A DNA stretch of 18,477 nt, from NCBI GenBank assembly GCA_046583315.1, contig JAYGCN010000266.1, positions 1 through 18,477 of the forward strand, read 5' to 3'. Below the pieces are notes generated by a model. The model was not told the DNA's origin. It did no database searches and saw only the letters and a program-made list of their open reading frames with translations. Position numbers and translations under genes: made by a program. Source of the DNA: Candidatus Hydrogenedentota bacterium (GTDB lineage Bacteria; Hydrogenedentota; Hydrogenedentia; Hydrogenedentales; GCA-2746185). Positions 9,534-17,335 of this stretch are shown in pieces. The stretch's first letter is position 1. Each line of letters starts with the position of its first letter.

Positions 9534-10255
9534 TTTCGCCTCTCGATGGGTTTGAAGTCATCGAGCGGGACAATGCCACGGCTCTGATTCGGGAAGAGTA
9601 TGTGGACGCTCTTACACCCGCCCTATTCGACCGGACGGGACTTGAACCGGGGCCTGATGCCGGACGCGGCACGGTGCAGTTCTGTGACATACCCGGTGGC
9701 AAAGCGGTCGTTCGCGAATATCGGCGCGGCGGGTTCGTTCGCCATTTCGTCAAACGACATTACTTCAATGATAATCGTGCGCTCAAAGAGTTGAAGGTAT
9801 GGAACCTCGCCTATGAAAACGATTTGAGTGTTCCCAAACCACTTGCAACATTCTGGAAAAAACAGGGGCCATTCTACAGCGGGAGCTTCGTAGCAGAGCA
9901 TGTCGAGTCTATGCACCTGGAGGATTGGCTGAATGCGTATCCTGACAACGAAGAACGCGAACTGATCCTGAAAAAGGTTGGTAAGGCATTCGCTGATATG
10001 CATGCACTTCAGATCATGCACGCCGATCTTCAGGTTCGAAACGTTCTGATAGCGGCTGGCGGCGACGTCAAGCTGATCGATTTTGATAACGCCCGAATTC
10101 AGAACCCGTTGCCGAATCGTATCACCCAGCAGAACCTGCTTCGATTCGAGCGCTCATTATTCAAACGGGGGTTTTGTGTCGATCTAATGTTCTCCATATT
10201 TGAGGGTTATGGCGTCGACCCAAATACGATGACCCGAATGAACTACACGCCATGA
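9530..10255 (+). CDS. 3-deoxy-D-manno-octulosonic acid kinase-like protein (KdkA; Kdo/WaaP LPS kinase family)
   Basis: GRG, VVREYRRGG (KdkA-type RHYxRGG), RALKEL...VPKP, HADLQVRNVL, LIDFD and NLLRFERS. ATGA overlap with the LOG stop. Confidence 0.8.
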   Translation: MISPLDGFEVIERDNATALIREEYVDALTPALFDRTGLEPGPDAGRGTVQFCDIPGGKAVVREYRRGGFVRHFVKRHYFNDNRALKELKVWNLAYENDLSVPKPLATFWKKQGPFYSGSFVAEHVESMHLEDWLNAYPDNEERELILKKVGKAFADMHALQIMHADLQVRNVLIAAGGDVKLIDFDNARIQNPLPNRITQQNLLRFERSLFKRGFCVDLMFSIFEGYGVDPNTMTRMNYTP

Positions 10256-10983
10256 AGCTACCCGATTCGATACGCATAGAACGTCGCGGCTTTCAAAAAC
10301 TCTACTTAAGCGAAGGGGTCACCGCCGAAGAAGTATTTACCGCGCTTTCGGCGCCCGGTGAGATGCTCAAACACGGCAAGAAGCGTAACGTGCGACGGGT
10401 GGGGGACTGGGTGATTAAATCCGCTCTCTTCAACGCGGGCGTCGGGATCTTAAAACTCTCCGTCTATCGAAAACGCTATCGAAACGGCTGGCGGGCATCA
10501 ATCGAATTGACACGTCGAGGCATCTCGGTACCGCGAACCATTGCATTTGTTGAGCAACGGTTTATGGGGGTCATCTGGGGGAACTCATTAATCTACGAAT
10601 ATATGAAAGACTGTATTCCCACACATATCTTCGCCCAATCACTGAAAGCGCGCGGGGGCGAGGCGGAAATCGATGCCTATTTCCAGGGACTCTCTGACGC
10701 ATTGGGCAAACTGGCCGAAGCGAATGTCTTTCACCGTGACCTCAAGCCGGACAACATATTAACGTTGGATCTGAACACCTTCTACTTTATTGACCTCGAC
10801 GAAATTCTGCTTGATGAACCCTTCCGTGTGGAACATCGTTTGCGCAATCATACGCAACTTGCCAATGGTTTTCAGCACGACTGGGAGAAGGTTCGTATTG
10901 ACGATTTTCTGCAAAAAACCATACCGGAGGGTGAGGATCACGACAAATGGCTCGCGCAGGTCTGGGATGGCGTGGCCAAGTAG
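10252..10983 (+). CDS. LPS kinase (Kdo/WaaP/InaA) family protein
   Basis: WVIK, GISVPR, FHRDLKPDNIL, FYFIDLD and RLRNHTQL. ATGA overlap with the preceding kinase. Confidence 0.75.
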   Translation: MKLPDSIRIERRGFQKLYLSEGVTAEEVFTALSAPGEMLKHGKKRNVRRVGDWVIKSALFNAGVGILKLSVYRKRYRNGWRASIELTRRGISVPRTIAFVEQRFMGVIWGNSLIYEYMKDCIPTHIFAQSLKARGGEAEIDAYFQGLSDALGKLAEANVFHRDLKPDNILTLDLNTFYFIDLDEILLDEPFRVEHRLRNHTQLANGFQHDWEKVRIDDFLQKTIPEGEDHDKWLAQVWDGVAK

Positions 10984-11038
10984 GAATCACACGAACTTCG
11001 CCCAATCAGAAATGCGAAGCGCCGATTTCGTCGGAAAT

Positions 11039-11067
11039 TAGACATTTCCCTCCATTTTTCGTATGAT
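11039..11067 (+). promoter_or_regulatory. Sigma70-type promoter for the purH-domain/purD operon
   Basis: TAGACA (11039-11044), a 17-bp spacer and TATGAT (11062-11067), each 5/6 consensus. SD GAGGA at 11093-11097. Confidence 0.7.
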
Positions 11068-11106
11068 TACCGTCCTTTTGTTCGCACTTATTGAGGAAGA
11101 AATGCG

Positions 11107-11712
11107 ATGCCCAAAGTCACACGCGCGATAATCAGTTGCTACGACAAGACCGATGTAGTCGAACTTGCCCAGACCCTGAGTGATATGGGCATTGAACTCA
11201 TCACCACCGACGGAACTCATCGAGCCCTGGAACAAGGCGGTATTGAATCCATTCAAATCGCCGATTTTACCGGAGTCCGCGAGATGCTCAGCGGTCGGGT
11301 CAAGACATTGCATCCGAAAATTCACGCCGGATTACTGGGCGTTCGTGACAACAAATTACATGGCGAAGAAATGCAGACCAACGAATTTCAATGGATCGAT
11401 CTGGTGGTCGTCAATCTGCATCCGGTCGAGGATATCATCGAAAAATCATCCTCCAATCCTGAAGAAGTCATGGACCAGCTCGATATGGGTGGCATGGCCA
11501 TGATTCGTTCCGCGGCAAAGAATTTCCGCTATGTCACCGTCGCCGTGAATCCAGAACGCTATTCCACCGTCATACACGAGTTGCAAGCCCACGAAGGCTC
11601 GCTCACCTTTCGCACCCGCTACAAACTCGCACAAGAAGCCTTCTCGGCAACGGCCCACTACGATAGAGTCCTCGCCGAATTCTTGCAGTCCAGTGAACCC
11701 CCGGAGGAGTAA
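11107..11712 (+). CDS. purH: Stand-alone PurH N-terminal domain (IMP cyclohydrolase / MGS-like); AICAR transformylase domain absent
   Basis: RAIISCYDKT, GRVKTLHPKIHAGLL, IDLVVVNL, DMGG..MIRSAAKN and AFSATAHYD. It ends at 201 aa, 3 bp before purD. Confidence 0.85.
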   Translation: MPKVTRAIISCYDKTDVVELAQTLSDMGIELITTDGTHRALEQGGIESIQIADFTGVREMLSGRVKTLHPKIHAGLLGVRDNKLHGEEMQTNEFQWIDLVVVNLHPVEDIIEKSSSNPEEVMDQLDMGGMAMIRSAAKNFRYVTVAVNPERYSTVIHELQAHEGSLTFRTRYKLAQEAFSATAHYDRVLAEFLQSSEPPEE

Positions 11713-11715
11713 TCC

Positions 11716-12990
11716 GTGAAGGTATTGGTTATCGGTTCCGGGGGACGAGAACACGCCCTCACCTGGAAAATCGCGCAGAGTCCACTCGTGGATCAGGTAT
11801 TTTGCGCGCCCGGAAATCCCGGCATGGCATCAATCGCAACATGTGTAGATATTGGGGTGGGGGATTTCGATGCGTTACTCGCCTTCGCACAGGAAAACCA
11901 GATTGAACTGACCGTCGTCGGGCCTGAAGATCCTCTCGCCGACGGTATCGTTGATCTTTTTCAAGAAGCCGGACTACGAGCCTTCGGTCCGAACAAGGCC
12001 GCGGCGCAATTGGAAGGCAGCAAAGCATTCGCCAAGCGGGTGATGGAACGCCACGGCATTCCTACCGCGAAGTACGCTGAATTCGACAATGCCGAGAATG
12101 CAGAAGCCTATGTCCGCAATCAGGGTGCGCCGATTGTCATCAAAGCCGATGGACTCGCTGCTGGCAAAGGCGTGACCGTTGCCCAGACTGTGGACGAAGC
12201 CGTCGAGGCCATTCGCCACGCAATGGTCGACAACGTTTTTGGCGATGCCGGAGCCCGCGTCATCGTTGAAGAATTCATGTTCGGTGAGGAAGCCTCCATC
12301 TTCGCGCTCAGCGACGGGGAACACCTTATCGCCTTGGCGTCCAGTCAGGATCATAAACCCGCGTACGAAGGCGATACCGGCCCGAATACAGGGGGGATGG
12401 GCGCCTACTCTCCGGCGCCTGTTGTAACAAAGGAATTGTTCGAGGAGATTCGGCATTCCGTTCTCGAAGCCTGCATCCACGGCATGAAAGCCGACGGAAA
12501 TGCCTATCAAGGGGTCCTCTACGCTGGACTCATGATGACCGAAACCGGACCACGTGTGGTGGAGTTTAATTGCCGCTTCGGCGATCCCGAGACCCAGGTC
12601 GTGTTGCCCCGTATGAAGTCCGATATCGTCCCCCTGATGATTGCGTGCTGCGACGGCACACTCGCCGAGCAGGAACTGGAATGGGAAGACCGCGAATGCG
12701 TGACGGTCGTGATGGCATCGGGTGGATATCCGGGCTCGTACGAAAAAGGAAAAATCATCACAGGAATTGCCGATGCCGAAACAGCAGATTCCTGTATGGT
12801 TTTTCACGCGGGCACGAAGCATGTGGAAGGCGATCTGGTGACCAACGGCGGACGCGTGTTGGGTGTGACGGCGTTCGGGCAGACCATTGCCGAAGCCATC
12901 GACGCTGCGTATGAAGGCGTATCGAAAATCCACTTTGACGATGCCTTTCATCGAAACGACATTGGCAAGAAATCGCTCGACCGCCTCTAA
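11716..12990 (+). CDS. purD: Phosphoribosylamine--glycine ligase
   Basis: KVLVIGSGGREHAL, APGNPG, VVGPEDPL, LEGSKAFAK, KADGLAAGKGV, QDHK, GPNTGGMGAYSP, EFNCRFGDPETQ and TNGGRVL. GTG start with SD GGAGGAG inside the end of the upstream gene. Confidence 0.98.
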   Translation: MKVLVIGSGGREHALTWKIAQSPLVDQVFCAPGNPGMASIATCVDIGVGDFDALLAFAQENQIELTVVGPEDPLADGIVDLFQEAGLRAFGPNKAAAQLEGSKAFAKRVMERHGIPTAKYAEFDNAENAEAYVRNQGAPIVIKADGLAAGKGVTVAQTVDEAVEAIRHAMVDNVFGDAGARVIVEEFMFGEEASIFALSDGEHLIALASSQDHKPAYEGDTGPNTGGMGAYSPAPVVTKELFEEIRHSVLEACIHGMKADGNAYQGVLYAGLMMTETGPRVVEFNCRFGDPETQVVLPRMKSDIVPLMIACCDGTLAEQELEWEDRECVTVVMASGGYPGSYEKGKIITGIADAETADSCMVFHAGTKHVEGDLVTNGGRVLGVTAFGQTIAEAIDAAYEGVSKIHFDDAFHRNDIGKKSLDRL

Positions 12991-12993
12991 GCC

Positions 12994-14685
12994 ATGAAAG
13001 CGTGGCTCTACATACGCGACGAGTCTCTGGCGATACCGCTTGCATTGCTCATCCTGCTCACGATGCTGCTTGTTTCACCCGTCGGCGACTTCCCATTGAA
13101 TGACGACTGGATTTTCGCACAGTCGGTTCAGGCAATTTTGGAGACCGGTAGCTATGACGGGCATCCCTACGCCGATCCACTCTTTATGATGCACGCTATG
13201 TGGGGCGCGGTAATTTCCAAACTCTTCGGGTTCAGCTTTACGGTGCTTCGTTTATTCACACTCGTCTCGCTCTTTATCGCGTCATGGTCCGCCGCACTCA
13301 GTGCCAGACTCCTCGGTGCGAATCGCGGAGTTCAGTTGCTCCTCGGCGTGGTGGTCACCGCAAACCCCATCGTCCTCAATCTCAGTTATACCTTTATGAC
13401 CGACATTCCATTTCTCGCGCTGGCCCACGCATCACTCTACTGGTTTCTCCGAGCACACCGAAGCGAGGCAACCTTCCCGCTCTTTATTGCGTGTTGGTTC
13501 GCGGCCTTTGCCTACCTCATTCGCCAATTCGGCATTCTACTCCCCATTGCATACATTGTTTCGATAGGTCTCAGTTCCTACCGATGCGGCATTCAGATTC
13601 GCATCTCACGTGTCATCGCCTTTCTGGTGCCTTGGGTTTTTGTAGGGAGCCTGGTCGTCGCCCTACCCGAATCCGCACGCGGCCTCTCACCGACATTTGA
13701 TCTCAACGTGCTTGGATACGGATGGCTTTCCCGTGGAGTTACGCTACTCCGCTACTTTTTCTTCATCCTTTGTTACGTGGGAGTCTTCATTCTACCGGTT
13801 CTGTTTGCACTGCCCCGCGAGACCACATTGGTGCAAGCCATACGCGAACGGGTAACCAGAAAACGATGGATTGTGAGCGTTCTGCTTGCGATTTGGCTTC
13901 TCTACGGGATGCCGGGCTACCAACTTCCGTTAATCGGAAACATTCTCTACGATCTGGGCGTGGGTCCATTGACCCTGCGCGGAATTCTCGTTGACGACCA
14001 TCTGGCGAACCCGATTTCGATTGGCAACCTATGGTGGGTACTGCTCGCTCCAGGCCTTTTGGTGGCAATCTTCCTTCTGGTAACGTTGAACATTCAAATA
14101 GTTCTCGGCGCCTTCGTCAGCGATGCACCGCAATGCAAAAACGAACGCGATCCGCGCCCGTTTTTGACCTTGTTGTGTTGCGCGTACATCACCGTATTGA
14201 TCTTTCCCGGCATGAGCGTACTCTATGACCGATATTTCATTATGCCCCTCTTGCCCATGGCCCTGTTGGTTCTGTGCGTAACCAAAAATCCGCAGGCGAC
14301 TCGACTCGCATGGGCGACAGTAGCGGCGCTCTATTGTTTCAGTGTTGTCGGCATTCAGGATTACATGGCCTGGAACCGTGCGCGCTGGGATGCCTGGACC
14401 GTACTTGAAGAACAATACGACGCGACACCGGAAACGACCGATGGCGGATATGAGTTTCTGGGCTGGTACACGAGCGCACAATTCGTGACCGAAACCACCA
14501 CGCCGCAGACGCGCTCGTACGGACCCAGAGGCGGTTGGTTGGTCGATGATCAATACGCGATCTCTTTCTTACGCCGCGACAACTTCACCATTCTTGAACA
14601 CGTGCCCTATTTTTCCTGGCTCGGATTCGAGGAGCGCTCGATACTGATTCTGGAACGCAATTCCAAAGAAAACTCCCCTGAATAG
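12994..14685 (+). CDS. Polytopic membrane GT-C glycosyltransferase (ArnT/PMT-like, GT39/GT83 type)
   Basis: N-terminal TM helix followed by PLNDDW (the acidic catalytic loop typical of GT-C), SYTFMTDIPF, many hydrophobic helices and a soluble C-terminal tail. Confidence 0.75.
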   Translation: MKAWLYIRDESLAIPLALLILLTMLLVSPVGDFPLNDDWIFAQSVQAILETGSYDGHPYADPLFMMHAMWGAVISKLFGFSFTVLRLFTLVSLFIASWSAALSARLLGANRGVQLLLGVVVTANPIVLNLSYTFMTDIPFLALAHASLYWFLRAHRSEATFPLFIACWFAAFAYLIRQFGILLPIAYIVSIGLSSYRCGIQIRISRVIAFLVPWVFVGSLVVALPESARGLSPTFDLNVLGYGWLSRGVTLLRYFFFILCYVGVFILPVLFALPRETTLVQAIRERVTRKRWIVSVLLAIWLLYGMPGYQLPLIGNILYDLGVGPLTLRGILVDDHLANPISIGNLWWVLLAPGLLVAIFLLVTLNIQIVLGAFVSDAPQCKNERDPRPFLTLLCCAYITVLIFPGMSVLYDRYFIMPLLPMALLVLCVTKNPQATRLAWATVAALYCFSVVGIQDYMAWNRARWDAWTVLEEQYDATPETTDGGYEFLGWYTSAQFVTETTTPQTRSYGPRGGWLVDDQYAISFLRRDNFTILEHVPYFSWLGFEERSILILERNSKENSPE

Positions 14686-14695
14686 GCGCTTTTCC

Positions 14696-14724
14696 TTGTA
14701 TGACCGTGTGCGAATCAGTATAGT
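14696..14724 (+). promoter_or_regulatory. Putative sigma70 promoter for the MFS gene
   Basis: TTGTAT (14696-14701), a 17-bp spacer and TATAGT (14719-14724). Confidence 0.55.
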
Positions 14725-14757
14725 GCGCGATTTCCTAACCCGTGAGTCCCGCGTACC

Positions 14758-16080
14758 ATGTCGAAATCCTCAAAACTGTTCAACCTTCCAAGGCGAGTTC
14801 CCTTTTTCTACGGGTGGCTACTCGTTCCTCTCGCTACTTTAGGTACATTATCCAGCATGCCCGGCCAGACGACGGGTGTCAGCGTATTTACGCCAGGGCT
14901 CATGGAAGCGCTGCACCTCTCCAGCCAACAACTCAGTATCGCCTATGGTTTCGGCACTATCTGTAGCGGAATCTTATTGGTGCGCGCAGGCCGAATGGTG
15001 GACCGCTTTGGTGTACGGCGAATGATGGTCTTCTCTTGCGTGGCGTTGAGTTTCGTATTGTTATACCTTGCGAATTCCGGGCGTATCGTGGATATCGGAC
15101 TTTCCATCACCGGCGACCGCATTCCCGTGGCCGTATCGCTAAGCGTGGCCATGCTTGGTTTCTTCCTCCTGCGATTCTTCGGCCAAGGAATGATGGCCAT
15201 GATTCCGCGTGTGATGATCGGTAAATGGTTCGACAAGAAGCGCGGTCTCGCTGCAGGAATCTCAGGGGTCATCGTCTCACTTGGTTTCGGGTTGGCACCC
15301 TTCGTTTTTAGCCTGTTGATCGCCAGCTTTAGTTGGCGGGGTGCCTATGGTTTGTTGGCGGCCATAATTGGGATTGGTGTCGCAACCACTTGTTGGATTT
15401 TCTATCGCGAACAGCCCGAGGATTCCGGGTTGACGAAAGATGGACTCCCGGAAGAGAACCTCTCAAACTCATCTTCCGGCGGCCGTGTTCGTCAGTTTAC
15501 CTTATCGGAAGTTCGTCGCAACAACAGCTTCTGGGTCTATTCGCTCGGATTGGGCGGAAACGGCTTGGTCATAACTGCAATAAGTTTTCATATCTTGTCT
15601 TTGGCAGAGAACGCTGGGCTCACCGAGAAGCAAGGCCTTGCGATTTTTATCCCGATGTCCATTCTCAGCATGACCTCAAATCTAATCGGCGGCTGGATAA
15701 GTGATCGCACTAAGCTCAAATATCTGCTGATATTCATGATGATCATGCAGGCCATCGGTACCATAGCGATGATCAATTTTGGAGACCCCGTATGGCGTGT
15801 GGTCATTATCATTGCCTTCGGATTCTCCGGTGGCATGTTCGGCACCCTGATTAATGTGACCTGGCCGCGCTATTTCGGCACGCTGCATCTGGGCGCGATT
15901 AGCGGCCAAAATGTCTCCATCATGGTCATGATGACTTCTGCGGGGCCCGTATTGCTTGCCGCGTCGAAGGAAAATCTGGGAGGATATACGCCTGGCCTGC
16001 TCTTGTTTACCCTGATTCCAATCGCCGTCGCCATTGCCGCGACACGTGCGAAAAACCCCCAGCCCTCAGCCATGAAATAG
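14758..16080 (+). CDS. MFS transporter (about 12 TM; OFA-like)
   Basis: FFYGW N-terminus, motif A GRMVDRFGVRR and the repeated GWISDRTKLK, KWFDKKRGLA, WRGAY and YFGTLHLGAI. Confidence 0.92.
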   Translation: MSKSSKLFNLPRRVPFFYGWLLVPLATLGTLSSMPGQTTGVSVFTPGLMEALHLSSQQLSIAYGFGTICSGILLVRAGRMVDRFGVRRMMVFSCVALSFVLLYLANSGRIVDIGLSITGDRIPVAVSLSVAMLGFFLLRFFGQGMMAMIPRVMIGKWFDKKRGLAAGISGVIVSLGFGLAPFVFSLLIASFSWRGAYGLLAAIIGIGVATTCWIFYREQPEDSGLTKDGLPEENLSNSSSGGRVRQFTLSEVRRNNSFWVYSLGLGGNGLVITAISFHILSLAENAGLTEKQGLAIFIPMSILSMTSNLIGGWISDRTKLKYLLIFMMIMQAIGTIAMINFGDPVWRVVIIIAFGFSGGMFGTLINVTWPRYFGTLHLGAISGQNVSIMVMMTSAGPVLLAASKENLGGYTPGLLLFTLIPIAVAIAATRAKNPQPSAMK

Positions 16081-16153
16081 TTCCACCTTGCGAGAGTGCG
16101 CATATCCTGCTGTAGAATGGGAAAATTGCTTAGACACATCTGGAGAGCGCAAC

Positions 16154-16580
16154 ATGAATATCGAGTCGTTTGATAGCGACAGGGACCGCGCACACGTCCA
16201 TCGTATATGGGAAGAAGTGGGCTGGCTGGACCCGACCAACGAAGGCAATGTTGATGGCACCAATGCCATCATTGATGCGGGCAGGGCTTGGGTTTCACGC
16301 CTGAACGATGAAGCGGAATGTCTCGTGTTGTGTTCGGAAGGCACCATTCGCTATCTCGATGAGGACATCGCGTTTTCAGGTCTTACAGGCGTTACGACCA
16401 GTCGCGTCGGTCGCAAACAGGGCCTTGCGGCACGTCTCACATCCCACGCCATCGCTCAAGAAGCGAAAGACGGCGCATTGGTCTCGGGTCTGGGCATGTT
16501 CGAGCAGGGATTCTAGAACCGACTTGGTTTCGGAACCGGGCAGTATGAAGACCAGATAGCATTCGATCCACAAATGCTCA
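16154..16580 (+). pseudogene. Eis-like GNAT acetyltransferase, disrupted by an in-frame TAG and truncated
   Basis: SD GGAGA then ATG 16154. Acetyl-CoA motif VTTSRVGRKQGLA. The frame reads ...GMFEQGF*NRLGFGTGQYEDQIAFDPQML, with TAG (16514-16516) at the Tyr of the GNAT FYxRLGF motif. GNAT-like sequence appears to end near 16580. Confidence 0.8.
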
Positions 16581-16796
16581 CCTTTCGCGCAGGACTTCAT
16601 GGGGAGCTTCGGTTATGGCAGTAGCGACAAGCACATCACTTCGACAGACGCGGACGGAGTGGCACTCGCTGCGATTCAGGGATTGAATCTGAAGCTTACG
16701 CAGGAACTTGACGCCAAGCAGGCCGAGATTGATTCGTTAAGAGAACAGTTCGCTTCCCTCGAGCAGCGGCTTCTTGCGATGGAAGCGTCGATATAG
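16581..16796 (+). pseudogene. C-terminal remnant of a peptidase S74 / intramolecular chaperone auto-processing (tail-fibre-type) domain protein
   Basis: PFAQDFMGSFGYGSSDKHITSTDADGVALAAIQGL plus a coiled coil matches the S74 C-terminal pattern GPxAQDFxxxFGxGxxDxxIxxxDxxGVALAAIQxL. The similarity begins upstream of the ATG at 16599, and an in-frame stop lies at 16557-16559. Confidence 0.8.
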
Positions 16797-16975
16797 TAGA
16801 GTCGAAAACACACCGGGTTTGCAGGAATATCAATATTGCTGAATTGGATTTCTTCAAGTAAGCTATGACCGAGCAAGACGGAGTAAATCGTTGTCGGGCA
16901 ACGTAACAGTGACAATTGGGCAGTAAGTTGGGTAAGAAAGAATAGCATCCGATGGCATCATTTCAGGCGTTCATA

Positions 16976-17020
16976 ATTGATTCTATTCTGGGAGCGTCTT
17001 TCGCGATGAGAGACGCTCCC
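16976..17020 (+). repeat. 45-bp direct repeat, copy 1, with GC-rich hairpin (no U-tract)
   Basis: ATTGATTCTATTCTGGGAGCGTCTTTCGCGATGAGAGACGCTCCC, 43/45 identical to 18150-18194. Perfect 10-bp arms GGGAGCGTCT/AGACGCTCCC (16990-16999 and 17011-17020). Confidence 0.95.
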
Positions 17021-17171
17021 GTAGGGTCAAAAAACTCGGCCTAACTCTTTGCGCCCTGTGAATAAAAAGTATATACGTTCTTGAGCGGGAAATCTCGGCC
17101 TCTTGATTTCCTGCGTATTCTCGGGGAACGGACAACCACCAGCACCGGAAACACTGCTCTTTGAAAGGAAC

Positions 17172-17200
17172 TTCCCAAATCAAAAACTTAACGCTATACT
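17172..17200 (+). promoter_or_regulatory. Putative sigma70 promoter for the FGE-type lipoprotein
   Basis: TTCCCA (17172-17177), a 17-bp A-rich spacer and TATACT (17195-17200). Confidence 0.5.
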
Positions 17201-17335
17201 AACTTAACAACTGGTACCATTAACGAGGGCGGATCAAGAGCCTTTGCGACCGAAAGCAGTCTCTTTCAGTGAGGGGCTAATGTCCAGCGGATCGAACTTT
17301 TCTCGCAATCGGAGTTCGCCGGGGGTTAAACACCG

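Noticed and set aside
10984..11106. ZTP (pfl) riboswitch, often found upstream of purH
   Set aside because: The promoter at 11039-11067 leaves only about 33 nt of leader and no ZTP consensus is visible. The small hairpins at about 10996-11034 lie upstream of the promoter.
11974..12951. 325-aa antisense ORF, and similar shadow ORFs over gatB, LOG, the GT-C gene and the MFS gene
   Set aside because: They overlap well-supported genes, have no recognisable motifs, and are expected from codon bias in GC-rich DNA.
16088..16153. ORF-track TTG start for the GNAT gene
   Set aside because: ATG 16154 has an SD (GGAGA); the upstream stretch looks like intergenic or promoter sequence.
16514..16516. TAG read-through (pyrrolysine or stop-codon reassignment) in the GNAT gene
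   Set aside because: TAG is the genuine stop of pckA, two of the kinases, the GT-C gene and the MFS gene. The site is one substitution from a Tyr codon, and the gene is truncated shortly after anyway.
16990..17045. c-di-GMP-I (GEMM) riboswitch resemblance (CGCGA loop, GACGC, CGGCCTAA)
   Set aside because: It lacks the GGCAAA and GCAAA junction motifs. The stem is a fully symmetric terminator-type hairpin that is duplicated elsewhere.
17202..17331. Integron attC site (ACTTAAC ... GTTAAAC just before the ATG)
   Set aside because: The core heptamers fit RYYYAAC/GTTRRRY, but the inner L boxes do not pair, there is no matching attC after the gene, and no integron integrase is in the window. IntegronFinder would settle it.
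16797..17335. Short ORFs 16676..16948(-), 16983..17183(-) and 17244..17540(+), and a possible DGR template repeat in this interval
   Set aside because: The ORFs lack SDs or recognisable motifs and overlap other features. No stretch aligns with the 3' end of the FGE gene beyond a chance 9-mer.
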